The notes: generated by a model not told the origin, from the letters alone. Shown: positions 10,415-23,725, counted from the first letter of the stretch. The stretch: DNA of 64,000 nt from Flectonema sp. DT1601 (GCA_964019425.1 OZ025787.1:496001-560000); one strand, 5' to 3'. A program made the numbers and translations.

Positions 10415-13247
10415 ATGCAGCCTTCCCATGAAAAACCCAAAAGAGTAAAACCACCGAAACTTAGTATCATAAAACTCAAATCTAAGGAAGATGGAGGTGC
10501 GTTTGGAAGTGTTGGTAGCGGATGTTGGAGAAGAGGAGTCAGTGACACGCTAGAGCAAAGAGTCATCCGACCCGTTGAGAGATTAAGTACATCTCTTGTA
10601 TTTGTTTACAAGAATTGTAATAATAATTTTGCTTACGATCATAGCAAGCGACCAAAAAAATTTCTAACTCAACCGAGTGAAGCAGTTTCTAACAACGGAC
10701 GTGACAATGCTCATAATGATTTAATTCTCTTTATGGGAGAGTGTTTATGTGATGAAACAACTGGTTCTACATACAGAATTCGTGGTCTTCTCGGACGTGG
10801 AACATTCGGTATTGTCGCAAGAGCGATAAATGAAATAACTGCTGCGCAAGTTGCGATAAAAATAATAAAGAATGACGCGCCTTATTACAAACAAAGTCAA
10901 ACAGAAGTTCAATTATTACAAAAACTTAATAAAGAATTTCAATCAGACAAAGGCGTTCAGGTCGTTCAACTAATTACTAAATTCACTTACGTAAATCATC
11001 TTTGCATTGTTTTCGAATTACTTTCAATCAACCTGTTTGAACTAATTGAGAGTAACAACTATCGCGGAGTCTCACTCAGAGAGTCAGTCGGACCTATCGT
11101 AAAACAGTTGCTTGGAACCCTTCGGGGATGCGCTAAGCTGGGTATCGTCCACTGTGATTTAAAACCCGAAAATATACTTATATCGAGACTCAAGCCCTTA
11201 CAAATAAAACTAATTGATTTTGGTTCAGCTTGTGAAGAACACAACACAATATACACATACATTCAATCGCGTTATTACAGAGCACCTGAAGTACTTCTGG
11301 GAGTCGAATACACATCCATGATTGATATATGGTCGCTGGTATGATAATATTTTCCTTCACTCTTCCTTTATTTATTGAAACATCGTCTGTCAACGCTAGC
11401 AGGGAGAAAAAAAAAAAAACAGGGATGCGTCGCAGCAGAGCTTTTCTTAGGACTTCCTCTTCTCCCAGGATACAATGATTATAACCAGCTGTATCGTGTG
11501 GTATGTTTTGTAAGGTTGAAAATGAACAGATGGAAAAAAAAAAAACAAAAAAAACAACCAACTCAAAATATCCATTACAGGTTGAGATGACAGGTTTCCC
11601 TACGAAGAAGATGCTGATGAGCGGGACTAAAACAGATCTTTATTTTAAAAAACTCGAATCGGGGCAGCAAGAAGTAGAGGAAGAACCTGTAGAAGAAGCA
11701 CCTATTCCACAGCAATCAGGAAAGAGACAACCACAACCACCACCTAAAATTTATCCATCTCATGGGTATAAAATTAAAACTGAAGCTGAGTACTACGCAG
11801 ACCAGCCCAACGAGAAACGAATGCCTTTTAAAAGATATTTTTATTACCATAAACTTCATGAAATAATATCAAGGTATTCATGGCCGAAGGACATAACGGA
11901 TTGTACTGATCCTGAAAAAAAAGAAAAAATGATTCTTCAAGAAAGAAAACGGAGGCTTTGTTTTACTGATTTCCTTAACGGGTTACTTCATACGGATCCT
12001 GCTGGGAGATGGCCTGCTGACTTAGCATCACAGCATCCATTCATTACGGATGAAGAGCTTGACGGGATGGGGACATTCCATGTTAATGTCGTTGAGCCGG
12101 AGCTTGAAAGACGCAGATTACAAAAGTCAATCGGAGAAAGCTCATCTCTTCCGTATGCAACACCAGAACAGGGGTCTCTACCTATCGATATGCATAGAAA
12201 TGGCGTGCCTTTTATAAACAAGCAATCATCATTTCCTGCAGCTGCTCCTCAGAGCTTGGGTATATCACCCATGCCTCATAGTATGTTTCAAACTCCGTTG
12301 GGAACATCTTTCACGAGTTCTCATCATCAAGGGACTCCAACACTCAATTCTATTCATTCTCATATGTCGTCTGCTAAACCTATACCTATCCCTATGAACT
12401 CTGGTAGGCCTACTGGTGATGGTAGTTTTCAGAATATGAGTTCGGTATGTGTTCTGTTTATTTAATTCTGTTCAGTTGCGTTGTCGTTACGAAACTAATA
12501 AAACACAAAACAGTTCCCATCATCACTTCCACTGGGCACCTCATGGAACGGATCATCGTCGTCTGTACCGATGAGTGGCCATCCGTTGGGAACTTCTCCA
12601 TCGGCATCTCAGAGGGGAAATTGGAGCGGTCATCCTCAGCAGCAACAACAACAGCAACAACAACGGCAAGTTCAAAATCGAGGCTACCGCTCGAAAACAT
12701 TTCATAGCACACCACTATCTGTTCCATCAGGAAACAGTCCTAGTTCTTATGGAGGAAGCTCTCCTAATGGGTATGTTTATTAACTGTAATAGGTGAATAG
12801 ATCAAATTATAATAAATAATTAAAAATCAACAAAAAATAATAAAAAAATACAACAGTATGATGGCACCCCCGCTGTATCCACAGTCAGGATCAGTGCCGA
12901 TGGCAATACGAAGGAGTCCAGCACACAGTTCTCAGGGAGGTATTAGTCCAGCGACTGGGGGGTATTTCTCACCGCAGCATCAAATGGCTGGAAGTGGTAG
13001 TGCAGGGATGTTTGTTCAGCAACAACAACATCAACACCAACATCAGCATCAGCATCAACATCAGCAGCAGTTTCTTCAACGGCCGCAGATGCAACAGCAG
13101 TTTATACATCCGCAGCAGCATCAGCACCAACACCAACACCAACATCAGCACCAACACCAGCATCAGCAGCAGCAACAACAGCAACAGCAACAGCAGCAGC
13201 AACAAGACGCACAGTATCCTTGGGCTGGTACAGATGTTTGGGATTAG
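10415..13247 (+). CDS. YAK1: YAK1-like DYRK-family kinase; exons 10415-11338, 11423-11500, 11581-12444, 12514-12770, 12857-13247
   Basis: GRGTFG, VAIK, HCDLKPEN, DFG, YTYIQSRYYRAPE, plus pre-kinase LTQPSEAVSNNGRDNAHNDLIL. Four GT-AG introns keep the frame; Q/H-rich tail. Confidence 0.88.
13015..13205 (+). repeat. Coding poly-Q / (QH)n microsatellite
   Basis: CAG/CAA/CAT/CAC runs in the last kinase exon. Confidence 0.9.
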
Positions 13248-14012
13248 GTGGTCTACTCTCTCAAGAAGGTAAAAAACACAACCCATGTGCGAGAAAACTT
13301 GCCCCACGGCACCACTGATGCCGATTGGAAAAAAAAGCAATAAAACAAAAACAAAAAATCAGGTGGAGCGCAGGTAATCTGTGTAACAAATTTTTTTCGT
13401 GTGAGCTGACAACGTAAACCTGATGGCTATTACCGAGTTGGGGTTCAGCAACTTGATAAAGAACTAAGCCTCTTCTTCTTCCTTTTTTTTTCTTTTCCCT
13501 TTCTCAATTCCTTCAGACAAGCGCAGATGACTGCTTCTGCAACTTAAAAAGGAAACACAATGTTTCCGTGTGTAAAATACCTAACGTATGGTTCTTGCAA
13601 AAAAAAAAAAAGAAAAAGAAGAGTGGGGGAAGGGTTGGGAGAGGAGGAAAAGAAAAAAAAAAAAAAAGGAAGATAGGAATATAAAATACCTGATTTGGTG
13701 CGGTTCTGAAGTGAACCAACAAAATAAAACAAAAAATAAATATAGTAAAAGGAGGGGATTTAGTTGTTTTTTTTTTGCTACGTTTCGTTCCCTTTCCGTA
13801 AGTGTGGTCCAACCAATACCAACCAAATCTTTGTGCTAACAAACTAGGGCTCTGAGCCGCCTGTTGTCTCACGCTTTACAATCATGAGTACGAGTTCTGA
13901 GGGTTCAATTATATTTTATTTACAGGTCTTCATTAAATTAAACTGACGAGGTCTAAATATTTACATGAATAAATGCTTATCATTATGATATTATTTTATC
14001 TCACAGCAAGGC

Positions 14013-16354
14013 ATGGATATGGACCCCAAGATCGAAGCTCGCTTGAGTGATCTCGCCAGGGGGGAGACAAAGAGAAAGCGGAAGGGGATTCCACTAAAAA
14101 AGAGAAAAGCATTATCAGAAGATAGAAGAGATGACGTAAGAACACCAACTGATATAGGAGCTGGTGGGATACCACCTGTAGCTCCTGTTGTTGGACAAGT
14201 AACTCAACAGGCTGTTAGTAGAGAGGGTTCCCCAGCTGCGGTGCAGCCACAACCACAACCACCATCAGCCCCAGCAACACCCGGTGGGGTTCCTGAAGAA
14301 AAACCCGCAGGTGAAGAACGCGAACGTTCCCGCAGACGACAAAGCCGTAGACGAGAAACAGATGACTGGTCGAGTGGCCCTTGTATTCCAAACTGTACTT
14401 TAGAAGATCTTGGTGGTGTTGATGAGGTTTTGACTCATATAAATGAGTTAGTTGGATTCCCTCTCGCTCACCCAGAGTTCTTTAAACTTCTAGGAACAGA
14501 ACCAATATCTGGTATCTTACTTCATGGTCCACCAGGTTGTGGTAAAACCCGTCTCTGTCATGCCGTCGCTCACGCCCTAAACGTTCCGTTTTTCGCCTTA
14601 AACGCTCCAGAAGTAGTAACTGGTGTTTCGGGTGACTCTGAAGCAAGATTGCGAGCTCTCTTCACAGAAGCATCAGCAGCAGCTCCGTCCCTCATTCTCA
14701 TTGACGAGGTCGACGCTATCGCTGGAAAACGAGACGATGCTGGCAGAGCTATGGAAGCTCGTATTGTAGCACAATTACAGACATGTATGGATTCATTAGG
14801 AACTCTTTGGAAAAAACAGGGCAAAGCAGTCATTGTAATGGGAGCTACCAACCGACCGGAGGTTATTGAACCAGCGCTTAGAAGATCTGGTCGATTTGAT
14901 AGAGAAATTTCACTTGGGATTCCTTCCCTTGAAGGAAGAGATCAAATCTTGAGAGTCCTCACAAAGAATCTTCGTGTGGCTCCAAATGTTGATGTTCGTG
15001 AAATTTCGTTTGACACGCCGGGTTTTGTGGGAGCTGACCTTCACGCTGTAGTAAAAGAAGCGTCTCTCATGTGTATGAAAGATATAAGATCTCTTATAAT
15101 TAATTCTAATAGCTCAGCTACTCCTAGTGAAACAGATAACTCTACTTCTTCTTTTAAAGTTGTAAAGCGCATCCCCGTTCCTGAAAATATAGATCTCGAT
15201 TCGGTTGCATTTGTTACACAAGCTCACTTCAAAGCTGCTATCTCTCGTGTGCAGCCTTCTTCTATGAGAGAAGGCTTCAGTACGGTATGTTTTTTTTTTC
15301 TTTTGTATAGTTTGTTAAAGATTATAAAGACCTCTTCAATAACAATAAATCTCAACACAGATACCAGACGTCCAATGGGAAGACGTTGGCGCACTTGAAG
15401 ACGTTCGTGAAGAAATGGAACTTTGGGTACTACGACCCATCAGATTTCCTACTTTATACTCGGTACGTCAATCTTGTTTTATTCTTTTGAAAAAAAATGT
15501 TTAGATTCTTTTATTTATAAATAATAAAATAAACACAGGGGATGGGTCTTGGTCAGCCTTCTGGACTTCTTTTATTTGGTCCACCCGGTTGTGGTAAGAC
15601 ATTGGTATGTTTTATGTTAGTTTTCTCTCTTCTTCTTCTTATTATTGTTGTTTGATAACAACAACACTAATAACAGGTTGCAAAAGCCATCGCTCACGAA
15701 GCATCAGCGAATTTTATCTCAGTCAAGGGTCCTGAACTTCTCAATAAGTTTGTTGGTGAGTCAGAAAGAGCTGTTCGAATGGTGTTCGCCAGAGCCAGAG
15801 CATCTGCACCGTGTGTGTTGTTTTTTGATGAACTGGACTCGTTAGCTCAAAAGAGAGGTTCTGACAAAGCAAATCCAGGCGCAGAAAGACTAGTGAACCA
15901 ACTGCTTACAGAATTAGATGGTGTTGAAGGACGTAAACAAGTTTATGTCATAGCCGCTACTAATAGAATTGATATGATAGACAGAGCATTAATGAGGCCT
16001 GGTCGATTTGATAAAACTTTATTCGTACCACTCCCAACTCCAGCTCAACGTGTTTCTGTTCTTCAAAAACTATGTCGACGAACTCCTCTTGCGAGTGACG
16101 TTAATATTCTAGAGATTGCTGATCACGCATCATGTAGTGGACTTTCAGGAGCAGACTTAAAGGGACTTGTTAGGGAAGCATCAATGTCAGCAGTTAGAAG
16201 GGTGTTCGCAACAGGTGCGCCAACCGATAAACCAATTGACGTAACAAAATTAGACTTTGAAAGCGCACTACAGAGAGTCAGACCCTCTGTTAGTGAAGGT
16301 GAGAGGCGCCACTACGAAAATTTATGGAAAGAAAATCAATGTCTTGTTGACTAG
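14013..16354 (+). CDS. NVL: NVL/Rix7-like double AAA ATPase; exons 14013-15284, 15361-15462, 15539-15604, 15677-16354
   Basis: Two GPPGCGKT Walker A motifs, Walker B IDEVD and [41 protein letters not shown]. Introns keep the frame. Confidence 0.88.
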
Positions 16355-17165
16355 TTTTTGATATGTGAGAGTAAGTCCTTCTACACCTAACCTTTACTGG
16401 GGATTTCTCTCAAAAAACGTTGGAACAATACAGCTTATGACATTTTCGATTGTGAATGTCCAGCAATTTCTTTTACGTACGCAGTACGCGTTATTTTTAT
16501 CATATCAGGTTATTTTGTTGTTATATTTTTATGTTTTTTCTTATTTACTTTAACTGCTTATGGTTATTTTTTCATTCTCTCCTTATCTTTGCAGGTGAAA
16601 AGAGCTCTATGGGATTTCATTGTAGTTTGATCATTATAAAGTAATGGTCGGAAGTATTTCATTTATTGGTTTATAAGAAATCATCTTCTCTGGAGTAGTG
16701 AAGATAATTATTAAAAGACAATATCTATACAGAGAAACACTATTAAAATGAACCCTACCTCTCTGACAAGTCGATCAAGAAGGTATACTGTGAGACGATA
16801 GTAGTGAAAAAAAATATGGGATCAATATCAGCTTATACTATTTAATGGAGTCTGTGTAGATGTATATTTTTCTTCTTACAGTAATCTTAGTTTGACATCT
16901 GTTTAGCTAGTCCGTGGATTAAGTTTTCCTACTCCGGGTTACCCTCCGCAGTTACCATCTAATAGTCAACATAAATATGACGATTCTGTTTGGTAAATTG
17001 TTATGGTGTGTCCCCCTGGGGGTGAGATATTTACTATTTTTGTTAAATTTTACTTTTTTGTACCAGAAAAAAAAACTAAAAAATACAAAAAAAAATTAGC
17101 CATAAGTCAACAAAAGCAACATTACTAGGCACAATTAGTTACTACTACTAGTATAATTTTTAGTA

Positions 17166-17807
17166 ATGGTTTGCGGCGTTTCTTTGGCTCAGGTACTAAA
17201 AGCTTGCAGGGAGATTCAGGGAAGTGTGTGGAGTGAATTGGTAAATCGAAATTGCGCGACGGAGTTTATGTTGCAGATGTCATCATCTGAGAGATGTAGT
17301 AGTCTGATAGAAGTGATTCAAAATATTGCGATGATCGCTATCCACAACGAGTACGACGAATTAAAATTGTATTCATTAAGACTACTGGGCAGTTTGCACA
17401 GTAATATATTAGATGAGCAGATTGACTTCAAGGAAACAGACCTGTTTTCAGGGGAGAGTTATCCCCTTTTACAGAATGAGGATGAATTCCTCTTATCGGT
17501 GCTAAATGCATGCGAAGAACTCGGAGATGACGACAGTAAAATTTACGAGACTCAGAGAAATCATTTAATCCAAATGATCGACTATCATCGTCTCAGTTTG
17601 AGATCAGTCAAAGAAATAGAATATAAGCTTGATCCTGAAAAGCTTAACAAGCTGATGAGCAGTAAAAAGTCTTTTAATCCCAAGAGAAAGTATGGGTCGT
17701 TATGCACAATCGCCTCAGAAGCTGACATCGAACAAGGGATGAAAGAACTAGAAATGTTCCAAATGGGTGTGAACTATTTAGAAGCGTTGAGTAAGCTTCC
17801 GAGTTAA
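17166..17807 (+). CDS. Hypothetical protein, 213 aa
   Basis: Intact ATG-initiated ORF; a decayed relative appears to start near 38614. Confidence 0.55.
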   Translation: MVCGVSLAQVLKACREIQGSVWSELVNRNCATEFMLQMSSSERCSSLIEVIQNIAMIAIHNEYDELKLYSLRLLGSLHSNILDEQIDFKETDLFSGESYPLLQNEDEFLLSVLNACEELGDDDSKIYETQRNHLIQMIDYHRLSLRSVKEIEYKLDPEKLNKLMSSKKSFNPKRKYGSLCTIASEADIEQGMKELEMFQMGVNYLEALSKLPS

Positions 17808-17913
17808 CTGGTAAATCTTTTTTCATTTTTTTGATTTTGTTAAAAATCAGCCATTTTTTTTGAGTAGGCAATGCGAACGGCAACCAAAGAAGTAGCAGTC
17901 GAAATTATAATAT

Positions 17914-18020
17914 CTGAGTCACAGACATGCAATACCTGAGTCACAGACATGCAATACCTGAGTCACAGACATGCAATACCTGAGTCACAGACATGCAATA
18001 CCTGAGTCACAGACATGCAA
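17914..18020. repeat. Minisatellite, 22-bp unit, about 5 copies
   Basis: CTGAGTCACAGACATGCAATAC in tandem. Confidence 0.93.
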
Positions 18021-18379
18021 GGAGATTTTAACAAAACCTGAGTCAACAAAAACAAAAAAGGGAAACCGAATCTGGTAGGTTGTTACTACACAGATTGTAG
18101 AGGAAGGTGGGTGGCTATTAAATGTGAGAAAGTCGCTTGTGGGGTTTAACCTTCATCTTGGAGTATTTTGTGGAAAATTATTGTTTTGACGTTGTTAAAA
18201 ACATCACCCCTGAGTTTTCTGTCTTTTGTGAAGTCAGGAATTATTTAAAGATACAAACTGGTAGCGAGTGGAACAACTTTTTAATCTCAAATCGGAAAAC
18301 AAAAAAAGGGAGGAGTCGAAAACTTAGTGTGAGTGTGGCAAGTTAATGGTGAACCGATCTTATGAAACAACTGTCCGAG

Positions 18380-18788
18380 AAAAAATATTTTTTGTTACAC
18401 CAACGAAGTTGGAGAGGCTGGAGGTTGTGAGACTGTGCTCAATAAATATTTTGTTGCACCAAGCAGCAGACGCTGGAGGCTGTGCTCAATAAATATTTTG
18501 TTGCACCAAGCAGCAGAGGCTGGAGGCTGTGCTCAATAAATATTTTGTTGCACCAAGCAGCAGAGGCTGGAGACTGTGCTCAATAAATATTTTGTTGCAC
18601 CAAGCAGCAGAGGCTGGAGGCTGTGCTCAATAAATATTTTGTTGCACCAAGCAGCAGAGGCTGGAGACTGTGCTCAATAAATATTTTGTTGCACCAAGCA
18701 GCAGAGGCTGGAGGCTGTGCTCAATAAAAGCTTTTTGTTGCACCAATGAAGTTGGAGAGGCTGAAGGGAGAGGCTGCGCTCAATAAAA
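18380..18788. repeat. Minisatellite, 47-bp unit, about 6 good copies plus degenerate flanking copies
   Basis: GGCTGGAGRCTGTGCTCAATAAATATTTTGTTGCACCAAGCAGCAGA in tandem. Confidence 0.93.
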
Positions 18789-19357
18789 CTTAAGTCTTTT
18801 CTGATTTCTTAGTTCATTTTGTCTGATCGACGATGTTATTTTCTTGCCGAATTTTTTTTTATTTATAATCCTTGACGTCAACAATTATATATTCACTATC
18901 GTACTTTATGAAGTGGGTATCATGTTGTCATTCAGGGCAGTGTTTGTGTCACTTCTTTCTAGTGAGACTTCTAAATTTAGAGATAGTGTGAGCAACCCTC
19001 AATGCAAGGTTCTGGCTGATTGGGGGAGTTTTTTACCATCGACGTAACACGTTGGTATTTTTTGACCTAATCATGTTGGGATTTGGTTCCTTTTGAGTAA
19101 GTGGTCTCTATTGATGTCATTAAGTTTTCTTATATAACAGGCCCCCTATAGGTGAGTAGACCGCGACAGTGAGAAGTGTGATGGAGATAGGGGCGAAAAA
19201 TGCTTTAGGGGTACAAGTATGATCCGAGTACAAATTCTGATAATGTTTTAGTTATAAGTGAAATAATTAGTTTAGAATTGTAACATCGCAGAATTGTAAT
19301 GTAGATTTCAATTTGTAGCTGACGTCATCTTGCTAATAGTTTCAACTTAAACACAAA

Positions 19358-22300
19358 ATGTGTTCTCGCATGATATTATTTGCGTCGTTGATTGCCGTTT
19401 GTCTTTGTTCTGAAGATATGAATCCTGGTGATTCACGTAGTATGACAGACATGAATCATGGTGATCGTGACGGTGAAAAGTTCGAAGAACGTCTCGGCGA
19501 GAAGCGTGATGGAGAAGAACGTGACGATGAGAAACGCGAAGAACGTCTTGGCGAGAAGCGTGATGAAGAAAACCGTAACGGTGTGAAACGTGAAGAACGT
19601 GACGGTATGAAACGTGAAGAACGTCTTGGCGAGAAGCGTGATGGAGAAGAACGTGACGGTGAGAAACGTGAAGAACGTCTCGGCGAGAAGCGTGACGAAG
19701 AAAACCGTGAAGGTGAGAAACGTGAAGAACGTCTTGGCGAGAAGCGTGATGAAGAAAACCGTAACGGTGAGAAACGTGAAGAACGTATTGGCGAGAAGCG
19801 TGATGGTGAAGACCGTGACGGTGAGAAGCCTGAAGAACGTGACGGTGAGAAACGTGAAGAACGTCTTGGCGAGAAGCGTGATGGAGAAGAACGTGACGGT
19901 GAGAAGCCTGAAGAACGTCTTGGCGAGAAGCGTGATGGAGAAAACCGTGATGGTGACAAGCGTGAAGAACGTCTAGGAGAGAAGCGTGATGGTGAAGACC
20001 GTGACGGTGAGAAGCCTGAAGAACGTGACGGTGAGAAGCCTGAAGAACGTCTTGGCGAGAAGCGTGATGGAGAAAACCGTGATGGTGACAAGCGTGAAGA
20101 ACGTCTAGGAGAGAAGCGTGATGGTGAAGACCGTGACGGTGAGAAACGTGGAGAACGTCTTGGCGAGAAACGTGATGGTGAAGACCGTGACGGTGAGAAG
20201 CCTGAAGAACGTGACGGTGAGAAACGTGAAGAACGTCTTGGCGAGAAGCGTGATGGAGAAGAACGTGACGGTGAGAAGCCTGAAGAACGTCTTGGCGAGA
20301 AGCGTGATGGAGAAAACCGTGATGGTGACAAGCGTGAAGAACGTCTAGGAGAGAAGCGTGATGGTGAAGACCGTGACGGTGAGCAACGTGGAGAACGTCT
20401 TGGCGAGAAACGTGATGGTGAAGACCGTGACGGTGAGAAGCCTGAAGAACGTGACGGTGAGAAGCCTGAAGAACGTCTTGGCGAGAAGCGTGATGGTGAG
20501 AAACACGAAGAACGTGACGGTGAGAAACGTGAAAAACGTCTTGGCGAGAAGCGTGATGGAGAAGAACGTGACGGTGAGAAGCCTGAAGACCGTGACGGTG
20601 AGAAACGTGAAGAACGTCTTGGCGAGAAACGTGATGGTGAAGACCGTGACGGTGAGAAGCCTGAAGAACGTGACGGTGAGAAGCCTGAAGAACGTCTCGG
20701 CGAGAAGCGTGATGGAGAAAACCGTGACGGTGAGAAACGTGGAGAACGTCTTGGCGAGAAACGTGATGGTGAAGACCGTGACGGTGAGAAGCCTGAAGAA
20801 CGTCTTGGCGAGAAGCGTGATGGTGAGAAACACGAAGAACGTGACGGTGAGAAACGTGAAGAACGTCTTGGCGAGAAACGTGATGGTGAAGACCGTGACG
20901 GTGAGAAGCCTGAAGAACGTGACGGTGAGAAGCCTGAAGAACGTCTCGGCGAGAAACGTGATGGTGAAAACCGTGACGGTGAGAAGCCTGAAGAACGTCT
21001 TGGCGAGAAGCGTGATGGTGAGAAACACGAAGAACGTGACGGTGAGAAACGTGAAGAACGTCTTGGCGAGAAACGTGATGGTGAAAACCGTGACGGTGAG
21101 AAGCCTGAAGAACGTGACGGTGAGAAGCCTGAAGAACGTCTCGGCGAGAAACGTGATGGTGAAAACCGTGACGGTGAGAAGCCTGAAGAACGTCTCGGCG
21201 AGAAACGTGATGGTGAAAACCGTGACGGTGAGAAGCCTGAAGAACGTGACGGTGAGAAGCCTGAAGAACGTGACGGTGAGAAGCCTGAAGAACGTCTTGG
21301 CGAGAAGCGTGATGGTGAGAAACACGAAGAACGTGACGGTGAGAAACGTGAAGAACGTCTTGGCGAGAAGCGTGATGGAGAAGAACGTGACGGTGAGAAG
21401 CCTGAAGAACGTCTCGGCGAGAAGCGTGATGGAGAAAACCGTGACGGTGAGAAACGTGGAGAACGTCTTGGCGAGAAACGTGATGGTGAAGACCGTGACG
21501 GTGAGAAGCCTGAAGAACGTCTTGGCGAGAAGCGTGATGGTGAGAAACACGAAGAACGTGACGGTGAGAAACGTGAAGAACGTCTTGGCGAGAAGCGTGA
21601 TGGTGAAGACCGTGACGGTGAGAAGCCTGAAGAACGTGACGGTGAGAAGCCTGAAGAACGTCTCGGCGAGAAACGTGATGGTGAAAACCGTGACGGTGAG
21701 AAGCCTGAAGAACGTCTTGGCGAGAAGCGTGATGGTGAGAAACACGAAGAACGTGACGGTGAGAAACGTGAAGAACGTCTTGGCGAGAAACGTGATGGTG
21801 AAAACCGTGACGGTGAGAAGCCTGAAGAACGTGACGGTGAGAAGCCTGAAGAACGTCTCGGCGAGAAACGTGATGGTGAAAACCGTGACGGTGAGAAGCC
21901 TGAAGAACGTCTCGGCGAGAAACGTGATGGTGAAAACCGTGACGGTGAGAAGCCTGAAGAACGTGACGGTGAGAAGCCTGAAGAACGTGACGGTGAGAAG
22001 CCTGAAGAACGTCTTGGCGAGAAGCGTGATGGTGAGAAACACGAAGAACGTGACGGTGAGAAACGTGAAGAACGTCTTGGCGAGAAGCGTGATGGTGAAG
22101 ACCGTGACGGTGAGAAGCCTGAAGAACGTGACGGTGAGAAACGTGAAGAACGTCTCGGCGAGAAGCGTGATGGAGAAGAACGTGACGGTGAGAAGCCTGA
22201 AGACCGTGACGGTGAGAAACGTGAAGAACGTCTCGGCGAGAAGCGTGATGGTGAAGAACGTGACGGTGAGAAACGTGATGGTGAGGAGCCTGAAGAACGT

Positions 22301-23725
22301 CTTGGCGAGAAGCGTGATGGAGAAGAACGTGACGGTGAGAAACGTGAAGAACGTCTTGGCGAGAAGCGTGATGAAGAAGAACGTGACGGTGAGAAACGTG
22401 AAGAACGTCTCGGCGAGAAGCGTGATGGAGAAGAACGTAACGGTGAGAAACGTGAAGAACGTCTTGGCGAGAAGCGTGATGAAGAAGAACGTGACGGTGA
22501 GAAACGTGAAGAACGTCTCGGCGAGAAGCGTGATGGAGAAGAACGTGACGGTGAGAAGCCTGAAGACCGTGACGGTGAGAAACGTGAAGAACGTCTCGGC
22601 GAGAAACGTGATGGAGAAGAACGTGACGGTGAGAAGCCTGAAGACCGTGACGGTGAGAAACGTGAAGAACGTCTCGGCGAGAAGCGTGATGGTGAAGAAC
22701 GTGACGGTGAGAAACGTGATGGTGAGGAGCCTGAAGAACGTGAAGGTGAGAACCGTGATGGAGAAAACCGTGACGGCGAAAAACGTGGTAGTGAAGACCG
22801 TGATGGAGAAAAACATGATGGTGAGAAACATGATGGTGAGAAACGTGATGGTGAGAAACGTGAAGAACGTGACGGCGATAATCGTGATGGGGAAAACCGT
22901 AATGGTGAGAAACGTGAAGAACGTGACGGTGACAAACGCGAAGAACGTCTTGGCGAGAAGCGTGATGGTGAAGACCATGACGGAGAGGAACATGATGGTG
23001 AGAATCGTGATGTAGAAAAAAGAGAAAAACGTGAAGATGGAGATTACGAAGAAAGTAACGAAGGTAAGTATGAACTCTCCAGAAAGTCTTTGCGTACCGT
23101 CCTTAAAGTACAGAAGTCACCATCTCAGATAGCATTTGGTCAATTGAGAGACGCTGTTTTGAAATCAGCCAACAAGAACGGTGTTGTCGTGAAAGATGTT
23201 GCAATTCTGTTTGCTTGTCCGATTTCCGCATGTGTTTCCCTTGTGTGCCCTGATACGGTTGAGTTAAGAGCTGCTGTTGGATGTGTGGAGGGGAGCGAAA
23301 GAGAGGTTTCTATTAGTGAGTCAGGTTCATCAATTGTTGAATACCATTTGACGATGGAGAAGGGAGCGAGTTTCAGCAACGCTGTTGAGAATATTGAATC
23401 TGACGTCTCGGCAGTCGGTGACTCTTCGAACAATTCCAATGTATTCACAGGAACGAATGTTGTGGCTGCCAGTTCTCTTGTTGAAGTAGATCACGACGAC
23501 GATGGTGATGATGACGACAAGAACAACGTGTTGGTTATTATTGGAAGCATTTGCCTTGTGCTGCTCACTTGTGTTGTGATCGCTGTTATATACGGCTGTT
23601 GCTTCAGAAAGAAAAAATACGAAAAGAGTGACATCGAATCACCAATGTCTTCAGGTAAAGCATTTGAATTAAAAGACGCTGAGATAGAAGAAGTCATCTT
23701 TGAGTCTCGAGCATCCAGTATTTGA
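19358..23725 (+). CDS. Charged-repeat type I membrane protein, paralog 1 (1455 aa)
   Basis: Signal peptide, about 1200 aa of E/R/D/G/K repeats, Cys-containing domain, TM (VLVIIGSICLVLLTCVVIAVIYGCCF), RKKK stop-transfer, short tail. Confidence 0.9.
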   Translation: MCSRMILFASLIAVCLCSEDMNPGDSRSMTDMNHGDRDGEKFEERLGEKRDGEERDDEKREERLGEKRDEENRNGVKREERDGMKREERLGEKRDGEERDGEKREERLGEKRDEENREGEKREERLGEKRDEENRNGEKREERIGEKRDGEDRDGEKPEERDGEKREERLGEKRDGEERDGEKPEERLGEKRDGENRDGDKREERLGEKRDGEDRDGEKPEERDGEKPEERLGEKRDGENRDGDKREERLGEKRDGEDRDGEKRGERLGEKRDGEDRDGEKPEERDGEKREERLGEKRDGEERDGEKPEERLGEKRDGENRDGDKREERLGEKRDGEDRDGEQRGERLGEKRDGEDRDGEKPEERDGEKPEERLGEKRDGEKHEERDGEKREKRLGEKRDGEERDGEKPEDRDGEKREERLGEKRDGEDRDGEKPEERDGEKPEERLGEKRDGENRDGEKRGERLGEKRDGEDRDGEKPEERLGEKRDGEKHEERDGEKREERLGEKRDGEDRDGEKPEERDGEKPEERLGEKRDGENRDGEKPEERLGEKRDGEKHEERDGEKREERLGEKRDGENRDGEKPEERDGEKPEERLGEKRDGENRDGEKPEERLGEKRDGENRDGEKPEERDGEKPEERDGEKPEERLGEKRDGEKHEERDGEKREERLGEKRDGEERDGEKPEERLGEKRDGENRDGEKRGERLGEKRDGEDRDGEKPEERLGEKRDGEKHEERDGEKREERLGEKRDGEDRDGEKPEERDGEKPEERLGEKRDGENRDGEKPEERLGEKRDGEKHEERDGEKREERLGEKRDGENRDGEKPEERDGEKPEERLGEKRDGENRDGEKPEERLGEKRDGENRDGEKPEERDGEKPEERDGEKPEERLGEKRDGEKHEERDGEKREERLGEKRDGEDRDGEKPEERDGEKREERLGEKRDGEERDGEKPEDRDGEKREERLGEKRDGEERDGEKRDGEEPEERLGEKRDGEERDGEKREERLGEKRDEEERDGEKREERLGEKRDGEERNGEKREERLGEKRDEEERDGEKREERLGEKRDGEERDGEKPEDRDGEKREERLGEKRDGEERDGEKPEDRDGEKREERLGEKRDGEERDGEKRDGEEPEEREGENRDGENRDGEKRGSEDRDGEKHDGEKHDGEKRDGEKREERDGDNRDGENRNGEKREERDGDKREERLGEKRDGEDHDGEEHDGENRDVEKREKREDGDYEESNEGKYELSRKSLRTVLKVQKSPSQIAFGQLRDAVLKSANKNGVVVKDVAILFACPISACVSLVCPDTVELRAAVGCVEGSEREVSISESGSSIVEYHLTMEKGASFSNAVENIESDVSAVGDSSNNSNVFTGTNVVAASSLVEVDHDDDGDDDDKNNVLVIIGSICLVLLTCVVIAVIYGCCFRKKKYEKSDIESPMSSGKAFELKDAEIEEVIFESRASSI

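Noticed and set aside
17914..18788. 22-bp and 47-bp repeats as CRISPR arrays
   Set aside because: Contiguous tandem units with no unique spacers.
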